Assembly: GCA_031459875.1 (NCBI GenBank)
Contig: JAVKHQ010000003.1
Coordinates: 64,001 to 128,000 of the forward strand
DNA length: 64,000 nt
Origin: Candidatus Fervidifonticultor sextus
Lineage (GTDB): Bacteria > Sysuimicrobiota > Sysuimicrobiia > Sysuimicrobiales > Humicultoraceae
Direction of reading: 5' to 3'
The notes below the pieces were generated by a model. It saw only the letters and a list, made by a program, of their open reading frames with translations, was not told the DNA's origin and searched no databases. Of the stretch, positions 28,770 to 38,490 are shown in pieces (positions within the stretch are counted from its first letter, which is position 1; each line of letters begins with the position of its first letter). The position numbers and the translations under genes are program-made.

Positions 28770-28791
28770 GCAGGGAGGTCGGGGCGTCCTG

Positions 28792-29550
28792 CTAGCGCTG
28801 CGGGAGGGATTCCTCCTGACCGATCCACTCGCTGCCGGAGGCCCAGACCTCCTTCTTCCAGATGGGCACGGTCTGCTTGAGGGTGTCGATGGCGAACCGC
28901 CCGGCCTCGAACGCGTCGCGGCGGTGGGGGGCCGCCACGGCGATGGCCACACTGATCTCGCCGATCTGCAGCGTCCCGAGCCGGTGGACGATCGAGATGC
29001 GCACGCCCCACCGCTCGGTCGCATGCGCGGCGATGCGGGCCATCTCCTGGCGGGCCAGCGCTTCGTACGCGTCGTACTCCAGGCGGTGGACCGAGCGGCC
29101 CCGCGAGTGCTCGCGGACCGTGCCCAGGAAGAGGATGACCGCGCCGGCGCCGGGGTGGCGCACGGCGTCCAGCAGCGCGTCCACCCGGATCGGCTCGCGC
29201 ACCAGGTCGAGCAGCGGCCCGCCGGTGATCGGCATCGCGCCAGCGACAGGCGCCGTGCGGCCGGTGGTCGGATCGCCGGAGGTCGGATCGCCGGCGCTCT
29301 CCGGGCCGCCGCCGCTCACCGGGGCCAGGAGGGCGACGCGGTCGCCGTCGGCCAGCGCGTGCTCGGCCGGCCTGACCTCGTCGTTGACCGCCACCGCCGT
29401 GGGCGGCGCGACCTGGCGCAGGGCGGGATGCTGGGCGGCCAGCATGGTCCAGATGTCCCCGGCCCTCGTGCCGGATGGGACAACCAGGGTGACGACCGGT
29501 GATCCCACGGCCTCGCGGTGAGCGGCAAAGAGCTGGACGGTGACCTGCAT
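28792..29550 (-). CDS. Molybdopterin synthase MoaD-MoaE fusion
   Basis: MQVTVQLFA...PVSGG (MoaD), linker, GAVILFLGTVR, HRLG, PIWKKE (MoaE). Confidence 0.9.
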   Translation of the reverse strand: MQVTVQLFAAHREAVGSPVVTLVVPSGTRAGDIWTMLAAQHPALRQVAPPTAVAVNDEVRPAEHALADGDRVALLAPVSGGGPESAGDPTSGDPTTGRTAPVAGAMPITGGPLLDLVREPIRVDALLDAVRHPGAGAVILFLGTVREHSRGRSVHRLEYDAYEALARQEMARIAAHATERWGVRISIVHRLGTLQIGEISVAIAVAAPHRRDAFEAGRFAIDTLKQTVPIWKKEVWASGSEWIGQEESLPQR

Positions 29551-29576
29551 GGGACGATCCGTCGCGGTTCGTGCGC

Positions 29577-29585
29577 ATCGTAGCA
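29577..29585 (-). promoter_or_regulatory. Putative extended -10 (TGcTACGAT) for moaD-E
   Basis: Reverse complement of atcgtagca, 26 bp upstream of the ATG. Confidence 0.4.
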
Positions 29586-30439
29586 TGGGGCCTCCCGGTC
29601 CGCAAGCGCACCTCGACGGCAGATCTCGCACGGGGCCCGGCGGTCGCCCGGGCCGGGGCCGGCGATGGCGGCACGGGTCCTGGCTGCTCACCTGCCTCAT
29701 CGTGGCGGTGCTGCTGCTCCCGGCCCCGCCGGCGTCCGCGGCCCTCATCAGCGAGGCCCAGGAGATCCGCATCGGCCGGCAGGCCGCCGCCCAACTGGAG
29801 ACCGACGTCGGGCAGAGCCGCGATCCGGCGCTCGCGGCGCGCGTGGCCGAGGTGGGCCGGCGGGTCGCCGCCGTCTCAGATCGTCGCGGGGTGCCCTATA
29901 CGTTCAAGGTGCTGCGCGGCCGGGAGGTCAACGCGATCTCGCTGCCGGGCGGGTTCATCTACGTCACCGAGGGCCTGATGCGGTTCGTTCAGTCCGATGC
30001 CGAACTGGCCTTCGTCGTGGGCCACGAGGTCGGTCACGTGGCCGCCCGCCACCACGTCACGATGATCGAGCGGCACTTCTTCATGGGGCTGGTCCTCTCG
30101 CTGGTCCTCGGCGGCGATCCGACCGCGGGGCAGATCGGCGAGATCCTGGCGTTGTTGCTGTCGCGGGGGTTTTCCCGCGAGAACGAGTTTGAGGCCGACC
30201 GGCTGGGCGTCCTCTACACGCATCGAGCAGGCTTCGACGCGTCGGCCGGCTTGCAGTTCATGACGCGGCTGCGGGTGGCCGAGGGCCGCGACCCCGGGCA
30301 GTTCGAGGTGCTCCTGCGCACGCATCCGGCGCTGGTCGACCGGATCGGGCGGGTGCGCGAGCAACTGCGCGGGTTGGGCTATCGGGTGGAGGCGGCGCCG
30401 GCGCGCGTGGGGCAACACCGGGCCGCCGGGCGGCGCTGA
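29585..30439 (+). CDS. M48-family Zn metalloprotease, exported
   Basis: NA..LPGG, HEVGH, E.EAD, THP; hydrophobic signal ending ASA; start uncertain. Confidence 0.88.
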   Translation: MGPPGPQAHLDGRSRTGPGGRPGRGRRWRHGSWLLTCLIVAVLLLPAPPASAALISEAQEIRIGRQAAAQLETDVGQSRDPALAARVAEVGRRVAAVSDRRGVPYTFKVLRGREVNAISLPGGFIYVTEGLMRFVQSDAELAFVVGHEVGHVAARHHVTMIERHFFMGLVLSLVLGGDPTAGQIGEILALLLSRGFSRENEFEADRLGVLYTHRAGFDASAGLQFMTRLRVAEGRDPGQFEVLLRTHPALVDRIGRVREQLRGLGYRVEAAPARVGQHRAAGRR

Positions 30440-30444
30440 CGCCG

Positions 30445-31311
30445 GTGCCCGTCCGCGACCCCTACGCCGTTCCCGGCACCTACCGCAAGGCGCAGTTGCA
30501 CTGTCACACCCGGCGGTCCGACGGCCGGTTCGAGCCCGCCGACCTGGCCCGGCGCTACCGCGACGCGGGCTACGCGTTTGTGTGTTTCACCGACCACGAC
30601 GTGCTCACCCGCTGTGATGAGATCAATGACGCGTCGTTCCTGGCCCTGCCGGGCGTCGAGGAGACGATCGTGTGGGGACTGCCGCCGCTGGGGGCGCACC
30701 TGGGGCGGCTGCTGGTGGACGGCGTCCTGGGCGCGGGGTCGGCCGCAGACCGCATCCGGCAGACGCTGGCGTCCGGCGGCATCCCGTGCCTGCACCATCC
30801 GTCGTGGACGGGCAACCTGTGGACCGGCTCCTGGACCGCTCGGGCGATGACCGCCCTGCCGGGGCCGTTTCTGGTGGAGGTCTGGAATCCGCACTCCAAT
30901 TCTGAGGAGGACGTCAGGCGGTGGGCGTGCGCGGTGGAGGCGCACGGGCCGGGGGTCTGCATCGGTGCTTCGGCGGGTGACGACTGCCACCTGGCATCCC
31001 AGTTCGACCGGGCGTGGGTGATGGTGAAGGTCCCCGTCATCACCGCCACAGCCCTCCGCGAGGCGCTGCTGGCCGGTGCCTTCTATGCCAGTACCGGCGT
31101 CGAGGCCGAGTTTGGCGCCGACGGCGGCGCGATTGCGGTGCAGAGCACGGCCGATGAGGTCCGCGTGATCGACGCCGATGGCCGGGTGCGTGCCCTCATT
31201 CGGGACGGCAGTGGGCGGTATAGCCCCCAGGGGGACGAGCGCTTCGTGCGCCTGGAATGCCGGGCCGGCCAGCGGCGGGCGTGGAGCCAGGCGTTCTGGA
31301 TCGTGCCGTAG
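30445..31311 (+). CDS. PHP-domain metallohydrolase
   Basis: LHCHT..SDG, TDHD, EVWN, GDDCH. Confidence 0.83.
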   Translation: MPVRDPYAVPGTYRKAQLHCHTRRSDGRFEPADLARRYRDAGYAFVCFTDHDVLTRCDEINDASFLALPGVEETIVWGLPPLGAHLGRLLVDGVLGAGSAADRIRQTLASGGIPCLHHPSWTGNLWTGSWTARAMTALPGPFLVEVWNPHSNSEEDVRRWACAVEAHGPGVCIGASAGDDCHLASQFDRAWVMVKVPVITATALREALLAGAFYASTGVEAEFGADGGAIAVQSTADEVRVIDADGRVRALIRDGSGRYSPQGDERFVRLECRAGQRRAWSQAFWIVP

Positions 31312-31417
31312 TCTTTTGGATGGGACGACAGCGCCACGGCGGGGGAGGAAGGCCGTGGAGGCATGCGAATCCTGAAGGGCGGAGCCTGATGGCAGAGGAC
31401 GTGGAGGGACGCGCCGG

Positions 31418-31954
31418 ATGAGAGCGAGCCGCCGACTCGCCGGGAGTGCGGCTCAGGCAGAAGGACACGCCGAGGCACTCCGGCGGATCGCCGTCAGGTA
31501 CGCAGACGCCCTCAGGGACCTGCTGGGACCCTCATTGGTCTCGGTGGTGCTGTTTGGCTCGGTGGCCAGGGGCGACGCGCGGGCGCATTCTGACATCGAC
31601 CTGCTGGTGATCGTCTCCGACCTTCCGCCCGGCAGGCTGGCGCGGCAAGGCCTTGTCGGTCCGGCCGACGCCCTCCTGGACCCGGAACTCGAACGACTCA
31701 GACGGCAGGCGATCCTGACCGACGTCAACCCGATCCTGAAAACCCCCGAGGAAGTGCTCCGGCTCCCACCACTGCTCCTGGACCTGGTCGAGGATGCCGT
31801 CGTCCTCCACGATCGGGACGGGTTCTTTGCTGGTGTGCTGGCACGCCTCCGCGAATCCCTGGCGCGCCTGGGGGCCCGCCGGGTCCAGCGGGGATGGCTG
31901 CGGTACTGGGAGCTGAAGCCGGACTACCTCCCCGGAGAGGTTTTCGAGCTATGA
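31418..31954 (+). CDS. Minimal nucleotidyltransferase (MNT), putative antitoxin
   Basis: LFGSVARGDA...SDIDLLV (GS-x10-DxD). Confidence 0.88.
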   Translation: MRASRRLAGSAAQAEGHAEALRRIAVRYADALRDLLGPSLVSVVLFGSVARGDARAHSDIDLLVIVSDLPPGRLARQGLVGPADALLDPELERLRRQAILTDVNPILKTPEEVLRLPPLLLDLVEDAVVLHDRDGFFAGVLARLRESLARLGARRVQRGWLRYWELKPDYLPGEVFEL

Positions 31955-32361
31955 CCAACCGCCAGATGGCCGAGAGTTATCTGGCGCAGGCGGGCGAGAT
32001 CATCATTGAGGCGCACGGGGCCTTCGAGCGCGGAGTGTGGAACCTGGTGGTCCGGAGGTGCCAGGAGGTTGTCGAGCTCGCTCTCAAGGCCGCGCTGCGC
32101 CTGGCGGGGATCGAGGTGCCGCACATTCACGACGTCGGCATCCTGTTGAAGGACCATGAGGCGAAATTTCCCGAGCCCTTTCGTCGGGACATCGGGCGCA
32201 TGGCCTCGATCTCCCGGCAGTTGCGGCGAGAACGCGAGGCCAGCTTCTATGGCGACGAAGAGACAGGCTCTCCTCCTCACCGACTCTACACGGAGGATGA
32301 CGCGAAGGAGGCCCTGCACGACGCTGGCTTTGTGCTCGAACGCTGCCGCGGCCTCGTGTAG
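31951..32361 (+). CDS. HEPN-domain protein
   Basis: Q.VVELALKA.L, PHIHDV, R..SFYG, YT..DA; ATGA overlap with MNT. Confidence 0.85.
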   Translation: MTNRQMAESYLAQAGEIIIEAHGAFERGVWNLVVRRCQEVVELALKAALRLAGIEVPHIHDVGILLKDHEAKFPEPFRRDIGRMASISRQLRREREASFYGDEETGSPPHRLYTEDDAKEALHDAGFVLERCRGLV

Positions 32362-32461
32362 GGTGTGAGGGCGTGGCACCTGATTCGCCCCCTGGATCGG
32401 ATTCCCGTCGCGCCTGTCCGCACGTCGGACCCGGAACCATCACCCCAGTGAAGAAGGGCAA

Positions 32462-34000
32462 ATGACCGTGGAGACGTTCACCATTGGCAGCCGGATGCTG
32501 GTGCGCAACGGGCTGCTGGCTCTAGCAGGCCAGGCGGTGCCCTTCGTCGTCGGCGTGGCGAGTGTCCCGGTCATTGTCCACGGCCTGGGTGTGGAACGGT
32601 TCGGCCTCCTGGCGCTGACCTGGACACTCCTCGGCGCATTCAGCGTGTTCGACTTGGGGTTGGGTCGGGCGGTCACCAAGTTCGTGGCCGAAGCCCTCGG
32701 GACAGGAGAACGGAATGGCATTCCGGGCATCATCTGGTCCGCGGTGATGGCTCAGGCGGCCTTCGGGACCCTCGGTGCCGGCGTCCTGGCTCTGGCCGCG
32801 TCGCCTGTGGTGACGCGCCTCCTCACTGTGGCCCCTCAGATGCATGCCGAGGCTGTTGCGTCCCTGCGCGTCCTGGCCCTGTCTCTCCCGGTCGTCCTGG
32901 TGTCCTTCTCCTTTCAGGGGGCGCTGGAGGCTGTGCAGCGATTTGATCTCCTGGCCGGAGTCAAGATCGTGTCGAGCACGTCAACATTCCTCGTGCCTCT
33001 GGCAGGCGCCCTCTTCTCCTGGGACCTCCCCACCATCCTTGCCGGGATGCTTGTGGCCCGGTCGCTGGTGCTGATCTTGTCCGCGTACGCCTGCATCCGC
33101 GCCCTGGCACTCCTGCGGCTCCCCGTGTCCGCGAGCCGGGGCGGGTTCCGATCGCTGCTTACCTTCGGCATGTGGATCACTGTCTCGGGGCTTGTGGCGC
33201 TGATCCTGGCACCGGCAGACAGGCTTATCATCGGCAACCAGCTCACCATGACGGCCTTGACCCACTATGCCATTCCCCAGGAGCTGATCGCCCGCCTGGG
33301 CGTCATCTCGGCCAGCATGGCCGTCGTCCTGTTTCCGGCGTTCAGCACGCTGGGCGGCGCGCAGGACCTCACACGCGTGAGGGTGCTCTTCAGCCGGTCA
33401 ACGGAGTACCTGATCCTGACCCTGGCTCCGGCCTTCGGCCTCATCGCGGTCCTGGCGCCAGATCTCCTCAGGGCCTGGCTAGGTTCCCCCCTGGCGGAAC
33501 ACAGCGCGCCGGTGCTCCAGATCCTCGCCGTCGGGGCCGCCGTGCAACTCCTGGCGGTGAGCGCCTATGTCCTGCTCCAGGGGCTGGGCCGTTCGGATCT
33601 GACCGCCAAGTTCCATCTCCTCGTGCTACCGTTGTCCGTCGCGGCCCTGTGGTGGCTGGTCCGACTCTACGGAATCCGGGGAGCCGCCTTCGTGTGGACC
33701 GGACGGGTCGCCTTTGAGGCGTTCCTGCTCCTCTGGGCGGCGAGACGCATGGGAATGTGGACCTGGGAGGGCGCGAGGGAGACCGCCAGGCGCGTGCTGA
33801 TCCCTGTCGTCGCCGTCTGCTCGCTCTCGCTGGCCGTGCACTCTACGCGCGCCCCGCTGGCGCCGAGGATGGTGCTCATCGGCAGTTTGCTGTCCGCCTT
33901 CGCCTGGTGGGTCTGGGCGCGCTCCCTGGAGGAGGAGGAGCGCCGCTGGATCGTCCGGTTGCTCATGGCCTGGCGGCGCCTTCCGGTAAGGATGTCGTGA
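32462..34000 (+). CDS. Wzx-type polysaccharide flippase
   Basis: Many TM segments, LG.ERFG, FDLGLG.A, DRLIIG, LFPAFS. Confidence 0.88.
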   Translation: MTVETFTIGSRMLVRNGLLALAGQAVPFVVGVASVPVIVHGLGVERFGLLALTWTLLGAFSVFDLGLGRAVTKFVAEALGTGERNGIPGIIWSAVMAQAAFGTLGAGVLALAASPVVTRLLTVAPQMHAEAVASLRVLALSLPVVLVSFSFQGALEAVQRFDLLAGVKIVSSTSTFLVPLAGALFSWDLPTILAGMLVARSLVLILSAYACIRALALLRLPVSASRGGFRSLLTFGMWITVSGLVALILAPADRLIIGNQLTMTALTHYAIPQELIARLGVISASMAVVLFPAFSTLGGAQDLTRVRVLFSRSTEYLILTLAPAFGLIAVLAPDLLRAWLGSPLAEHSAPVLQILAVGAAVQLLAVSAYVLLQGLGRSDLTAKFHLLVLPLSVAALWWLVRLYGIRGAAFVWTGRVAFEAFLLLWAARRMGMWTWEGARETARRVLIPVVAVCSLSLAVHSTRAPLAPRMVLIGSLLSAFAWWVWARSLEEEERRWIVRLLMAWRRLPVRMS

Positions 34001-35061
34001 TCTCCTCCATGGCCTCGATCTCGGACCTGTTGAAAGGCGAGGAATCCCTGCAGGTGCTCCAGGCGGATGCCGAGCGGTTGGGCCGAAAGTACGCCGTGTT
34101 TCTCGTGGACCACGGGCGAGCCTCGCGCTCGACCCACAAGTTCTGGTGGAATCACTTCGAAGAGGCCGCCCGGCTGCTCGGGATCCCGTGCCGGAGGGTT
34201 TCCAAGGCCAGCGAGACGTGGCCCACAGACCACCGTCGCGAAGGCAGACGGGGTGTCTATCTCTTCTTTACCAGGAGGTCTCTCTACCACGACCGCTGGT
34301 GCATCTTCCGTTCAGTGCGGAGAGAGGCCATCAGACCGGAGGACATTGTCGCCAGTTGGGATCCACGGGTTATGGACGAACTCGACCATGCGCACGCATT
34401 CCTCATCGGGTTTCGCGGTGGGACATGGATGTCGCTCCCCGGGCTGCCCGATTCGAGGCAGATTGTCTTCTGGGAACCCTTTGCGCCTCTGTCCGCCGTG
34501 GAGAAGGGGGTCCGCGAGTCGGGCCGGACACCCAGATGGGACTTCTCGTACTTTGGGACCCTGAACCCCCACAACTACGATCAGTTTCAGCGGATTCTTC
34601 AGCCGCTCGCAGCACGCCACCGCTGCCGGTACGCCGGAAAACTGTGGAGAATCGCGTCGCTCATTCCGCTGAGATATGGGTTTCGTCCGTTCCTCGTACA
34701 TGAGGATCGAGGCCAGGAGATACTTCTTGAGGGCCGCATCAACCTCGTGCTCCACAACGACTATCATCGGCGCATGAGGACCCTTACGGAGCGACTCTTC
34801 GTTTCGGCGGCTTTGGGCCGTCCTGTCGTATGTGACAATGCTGGCGCGTGGCGTTATTTCTCTCAAGAGGAAGTCCCGGTCGCTGAAGACCCGGAGATGT
34901 TCCTCGCATTGTGCGAGGACAGTCTCCGCAACCTCCAGCAACGTCGAGAGATCGCCCGAGAAATCCAAAGGAAGACACTTCGACATAACACTTACCTGCA
35001 CACGGTCGTGCAGCTGCTCACGGAACTGGACGCCAAGGCTTCCTCGCGTGGCGGCGTGTGA
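33997..35061 (+). CDS. Putative glycosyltransferase (CgeB-like C-terminus)
   Basis: INLVLH...ERLF..AALG...HNTY.H C-terminal pattern; GTGA overlap with wzx. Confidence 0.62.
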   Translation: MISSMASISDLLKGEESLQVLQADAERLGRKYAVFLVDHGRASRSTHKFWWNHFEEAARLLGIPCRRVSKASETWPTDHRREGRRGVYLFFTRRSLYHDRWCIFRSVRREAIRPEDIVASWDPRVMDELDHAHAFLIGFRGGTWMSLPGLPDSRQIVFWEPFAPLSAVEKGVRESGRTPRWDFSYFGTLNPHNYDQFQRILQPLAARHRCRYAGKLWRIASLIPLRYGFRPFLVHEDRGQEILLEGRINLVLHNDYHRRMRTLTERLFVSAALGRPVVCDNAGAWRYFSQEEVPVAEDPEMFLALCEDSLRNLQQRREIAREIQRKTLRHNTYLHTVVQLLTELDAKASSRGGV

Positions 35062-35104
35062 GGGGCACGTCCGGGGCGCGAACACGGAGGAGAAGGGTAG
35101 CCAA

Positions 35105-35727
35105 GTGGCGAGCGTTCATGTTGCGCCGGGGGCCACTCGCTGTTGCGTGACTGTCTGCGCGGGGTTGCCTGGGGGAATTCGATGTCTGCTCGGATGGCCG
35201 AGGACTGTGGCTTTCCCAAACTTAGGTGTCCGGCTGTACCCCCTTCCTTTAGTGGAAGGGATGCTGAACGGGATCTAGTTTTTCGTCACCGCTGGTTCGA
35301 CGTCTCGGAACCGGAACTCGCATTCTTGGAGAATGTTTTGAAGCCAGGGGATATCTTCGTCGATGCAGGCGCCTTTCACGGGTGGTACACGGTGCTGGCG
35401 AGCCAGGAGGTGGGTGGACGAGGCCCAGCTGCTGGCCTTCGGGTCCAACCAGGACTCCTTGAGGGTCCTCAGGCGAAACATTGATGTGAACGGCTGTCGA
35501 AAGGTGCGCGCCTGCAATGTGGCGTTGTCCAACGTCGAGGGACGGAGGTGGTTGTACAGAGGCCCCAATGACGGATCGTAGAATTCTATAGCGCCAGTGG
35601 CGGGAGGAATCGACCGGGAGGAGTCCAGACCGGGCGTCTTCACGACGTGATGACCGAGCTGTGTCTCCATTGGGTGGAGGTCATGAAGATCGATGTCCAG
35701 GGCGCGGAAGCCTCTGTCCTGGCGACA
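35105..35727 (+). pseudogene. FkbM-family methyltransferase pseudogene, copy 1
   Basis: EPE..FL...KPGDIFVDAGAFHGWYT; NVALS; MKIDVQGAE spread over several frames with frameshifts and an in-frame TAG at 35579; truncated. Confidence 0.8.
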
Positions 35728-36162
35728 GGCGGCTCTTACTCGTTCCACACTGGAAAGGGGCCTGAAGGCGATCTGCGTCTTTCGCGATCGGTTCTTGCAG
35801 GCAGCAGACCCTGAATTGGAGTTTGTGAGGACTGTCCTGGAACCAGGTCAGGTCTTCATCGATAACGGAGCCTGTCGTGGATGGTATGCGATCACGGCGA
35901 GCCGCGTCGTGGGGGCGTGGGACGCGTGCTGGCTTTTGAGCCCAATCCGGATACCTATGCCCTCCTGGTGTGCAATATGACCCTCAGTGGGTGCTCGAAT
36001 GTTTGGACGGTCGGAGGCCCGCTCACCGACGTCGAGAGCGAGGCTCTGCTGTACCAGGGGCCAGTCGACGGGGGAGCCGGCGGGCTGGCCCCGATGAAAG
36101 GATGGCGCGATCAGGCAAAGGTCCACTTACGCCGACTCGATGATGTCCTTGGGGAACTAGGG

Positions 36163-37315
36163 TGTCCAGTTTCGTAATGGTGTGCACACATCAGGGTGCG
36201 ACCTGGACATGGTAATCACCCCATCGCGAGGTCCAGAAGAGCGCTGCGGGCGGACGCCCCTGGGTGCGGTAGCCCAGGTGTGGCCGCTGATGGTTGTAGA
36301 ACCCGAGGTAACGATCCAGGGCGACCTGCAGTTGGGCGACGTGGGTGAAGAAGCGGCGGCGGAACTCGACGCGCCACAACTCGGTGAGGATGGTGCCCTG
36401 CAGGCGCTCGACGAACCCGTTGGTCCACGCATGTCGCGGTCGGGTGCGGGTGTGCCGAATGCGCAGGGCCTGACAGGCCTGCTCGAAAGCGCCGCGATAC
36501 TCGCTGCCCTGATCGGTGAGGATGCGCTGCACGCGCCAGCCCGCCGCGCGGTAGGCCGGCAGCACCCGGGTCGTCAGGAACCGAGCCGCGGCGTCCGCCG
36601 AGAACTCGGTCGCGACCTGGGCCATTGCATACGAACAGGCCGCATCGCAGGCGGTGTACTGCCAGACCTTCCCGACCCCTTTGAGCTTCCCGATGTAGAA
36701 CGTGTCCAGGCAGACCAGCTCGCCGGGCGTGTGGGCGGCCACATGGGGCCCGCGGCGGCGCTGGGCGGCTGTCAGGTGGCGGCGCGTCCGCTCGGTCAGC
36801 AGGCCCGCCCCTCGGGCGCTGTGGGCTTCGAGCACCGCCAGCCGCTGCCAGCGCGTTGCGAGCCCCCTCCGCCGCAGGAGCCGGTAGATCGTCGTCGGGG
36901 CGAAGCGCCAGGCTCCCTGCTCGGGGCGGGCCAGCTGGACAGCCAAGCGGGCCGGACCCCACGTCGGCCACGCCAGGGCCAGGGCCAGGATCGCCCGCTC
37001 GGCCTGCACGCTGAGCGGCGAGGGTCGGCCGCGTCGCGGCCCACGCCGCCGTGGGTGCAGACCCTCGGGGCCATAGGCCATATAGCGCCGCCGCCAGCGG
37101 TAGAACAGGGTGCGGGAGATCCCCGCCTCCCGACAGGCCCGGCTGACGTTCCCCAGCGCCTGCGCGCGGGCCATCACCCGCAGGCGAAATCCGTGTACAC
37201 TGTCGTCGAGGGTCATGGGCAGTCCTCCCCGCTTCCCCACGAGGGGGTAGTATCCAACGGGAAGGATTCGTCATATGACCCTCCTCGACTGTCAACACTA
37301 GATCGAAACAGTACA
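36163..37315 (-). mobile_element. Complete IS481-family insertion sequence (1153 bp)
   Basis: TGT...ACA ends; 26-bp imperfect inverted repeats (18/26) at 36163-36188 and 37290-37315; direct repeat AACTAGGG at 36155-36162 and 37316-37323. Confidence 0.92.
36191..37216 (-). CDS. IS481-family DDE transposase
   Basis: HTH (VSRACREAGISRTLFYRW), PGELVCLD, LTDQGSEY, TNGFVER, YN..RPH; GGAGG RBS. Confidence 0.92.
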   Translation of the reverse strand: MTLDDSVHGFRLRVMARAQALGNVSRACREAGISRTLFYRWRRRYMAYGPEGLHPRRRGPRRGRPSPLSVQAERAILALALAWPTWGPARLAVQLARPEQGAWRFAPTTIYRLLRRRGLATRWQRLAVLEAHSARGAGLLTERTRRHLTAAQRRRGPHVAAHTPGELVCLDTFYIGKLKGVGKVWQYTACDAACSYAMAQVATEFSADAAARFLTTRVLPAYRAAGWRVQRILTDQGSEYRGAFEQACQALRIRHTRTRPRHAWTNGFVERLQGTILTELWRVEFRRRFFTHVAQLQVALDRYLGFYNHQRPHLGYRTQGRPPAALFWTSRWGDYHVQVAP

Positions 37316-37633
37316 AACTAGGGCCCCATCGGGTGGATGTAATGAAGATCGATGTGCAGGGCGCCGAGGCCAGCCTCCGGCGGGAAGCCATGGAAATGCT
37401 GCAAACGTCGCGTCCCATCATCATTCTCGAGATCGATTCCGTGGTTGCGAGCGAGATGGGCGTGTCAGCTACGGAGGCCTGGGGCCTGCTTACCCGTTTC
37501 GGCTATCGGTTCTTTCGATACGGGCCCCGAACCTGGAACCCCTTTGTGTATTCTCGGAGACCGCCGAAGGCCGGTGGATGAACCTGATTGCGAAGCCTGA
37601 CCAGGTTACTCCCTTTGGGGGAGCCACGAGCAC

Positions 37634-38488
37634 ATGAGCCGGTCTCCGCTTGTGTCGGTGATCATGCCTGTCTACAATGCCGCCGAGACCATAGAAGAAG
37701 CGGTCCAGAGCCTCTTGCAGCAGACGTATTCAGATCTGGAGATTATCGTAGTGGACGATGGCTCGACAGACGCGTCCATCTCCTTAATTGAACGTTATCA
37801 CGACCCTCGGATTCGAATCGTCAGGCAGGAGCACTGCGGCATCGTGCGGACACGTAACACGGGGTGTGCACAGGCCAGGGGCACCTACCTGGCCGTCATG
37901 GATTCCGATGATGTTGCCCACGAGGGACGAATCGCGGCGCAGGTGAAGTTCCTGGAGCGGCAGCCCGACGTGGGTCTGCTGGGTACCCATGCTAGGTTTG
38001 TGCATGACGACGGACGAGAATGGCTCTTCACGCCTCCCGTTGAGGATCGCGCCCTCCGCCGCTACCTGTTGTGGGACAATCCATTCGTCCATAGTTCCGT
38101 GATGTTCAGACGGCAGGCCTTCGAGGAGACCGGCGGATACACGGAGGGCATTGTGGCAAATGAGGACTATAGGCTTTGGATCCGAATGGCTCGAAACTGG
38201 AGGCTGGGGATGATCCCGCAGGTGCTCCTCACCTACAGGGTGCGCGGCACTAGCGCGAGCCGTGCCGCAAGCCGCCAGAGCGCGCTCCTCGCCAGGTTTG
38301 GTGCTCAGTGGGAGGCGGCCAAGATGCTCGGCCCCTGGTATCAGGCCTTACCCGCCCTGGGGATCACGGGAGCCGCTTACCTGCTGAGTCGTACCGGCAG
38401 ACTGCTCGATCTGAGCGTCTGGAATCCTGCTAGGCGCCTGCGATCCAGGCGACGAGGGTTTCGAGAAAGCGATCTCGAGGATCGCTGA
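37634..38488 (+). CDS. Glycosyltransferase family 2
   Basis: VSVIMPVYN, VDDGSTD, DSDD, HSSVMFR, EDY.LW. Confidence 0.92.
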   Translation: MSRSPLVSVIMPVYNAAETIEEAVQSLLQQTYSDLEIIVVDDGSTDASISLIERYHDPRIRIVRQEHCGIVRTRNTGCAQARGTYLAVMDSDDVAHEGRIAAQVKFLERQPDVGLLGTHARFVHDDGREWLFTPPVEDRALRRYLLWDNPFVHSSVMFRRQAFEETGGYTEGIVANEDYRLWIRMARNWRLGMIPQVLLTYRVRGTSASRAASRQSALLARFGAQWEAAKMLGPWYQALPALGITGAAYLLSRTGRLLDLSVWNPARRLRSRRRGFRESDLEDR

Positions 38489-38490
38489 AG

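Larger units (their letters stand above)
35730..37637 (+). pseudogene. FkbM-family methyltransferase pseudogene, copy 2, interrupted by IS481
   Basis: FIDNGA..GWY / RVLAFEPNP / RRLDDVLGELG-[IS]-PHRVDVMKIDVQGAE / RPIIILE; further frameshifts near 35920 and 37530-37575. Confidence 0.85.

Noticed and set aside
29585..30439. Divergent M48 protease as the enzyme cleaving MoaD-MoaE
   Set aside because: It has a signal peptide and is probably exported, whereas MoaD-E is cytoplasmic; known processing enzymes are JAMM type
16177..32361. RtcB and HEPN as a toxin/RNA-repair system
   Set aside because: About 14 kb apart in different operons with no linking evidence
35579..35581. In-frame TAG as pyrrolysine or readthrough
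   Set aside because: Surrounded by several frameshifts and a truncation, so ordinary decay explains it; no pyl genes seen
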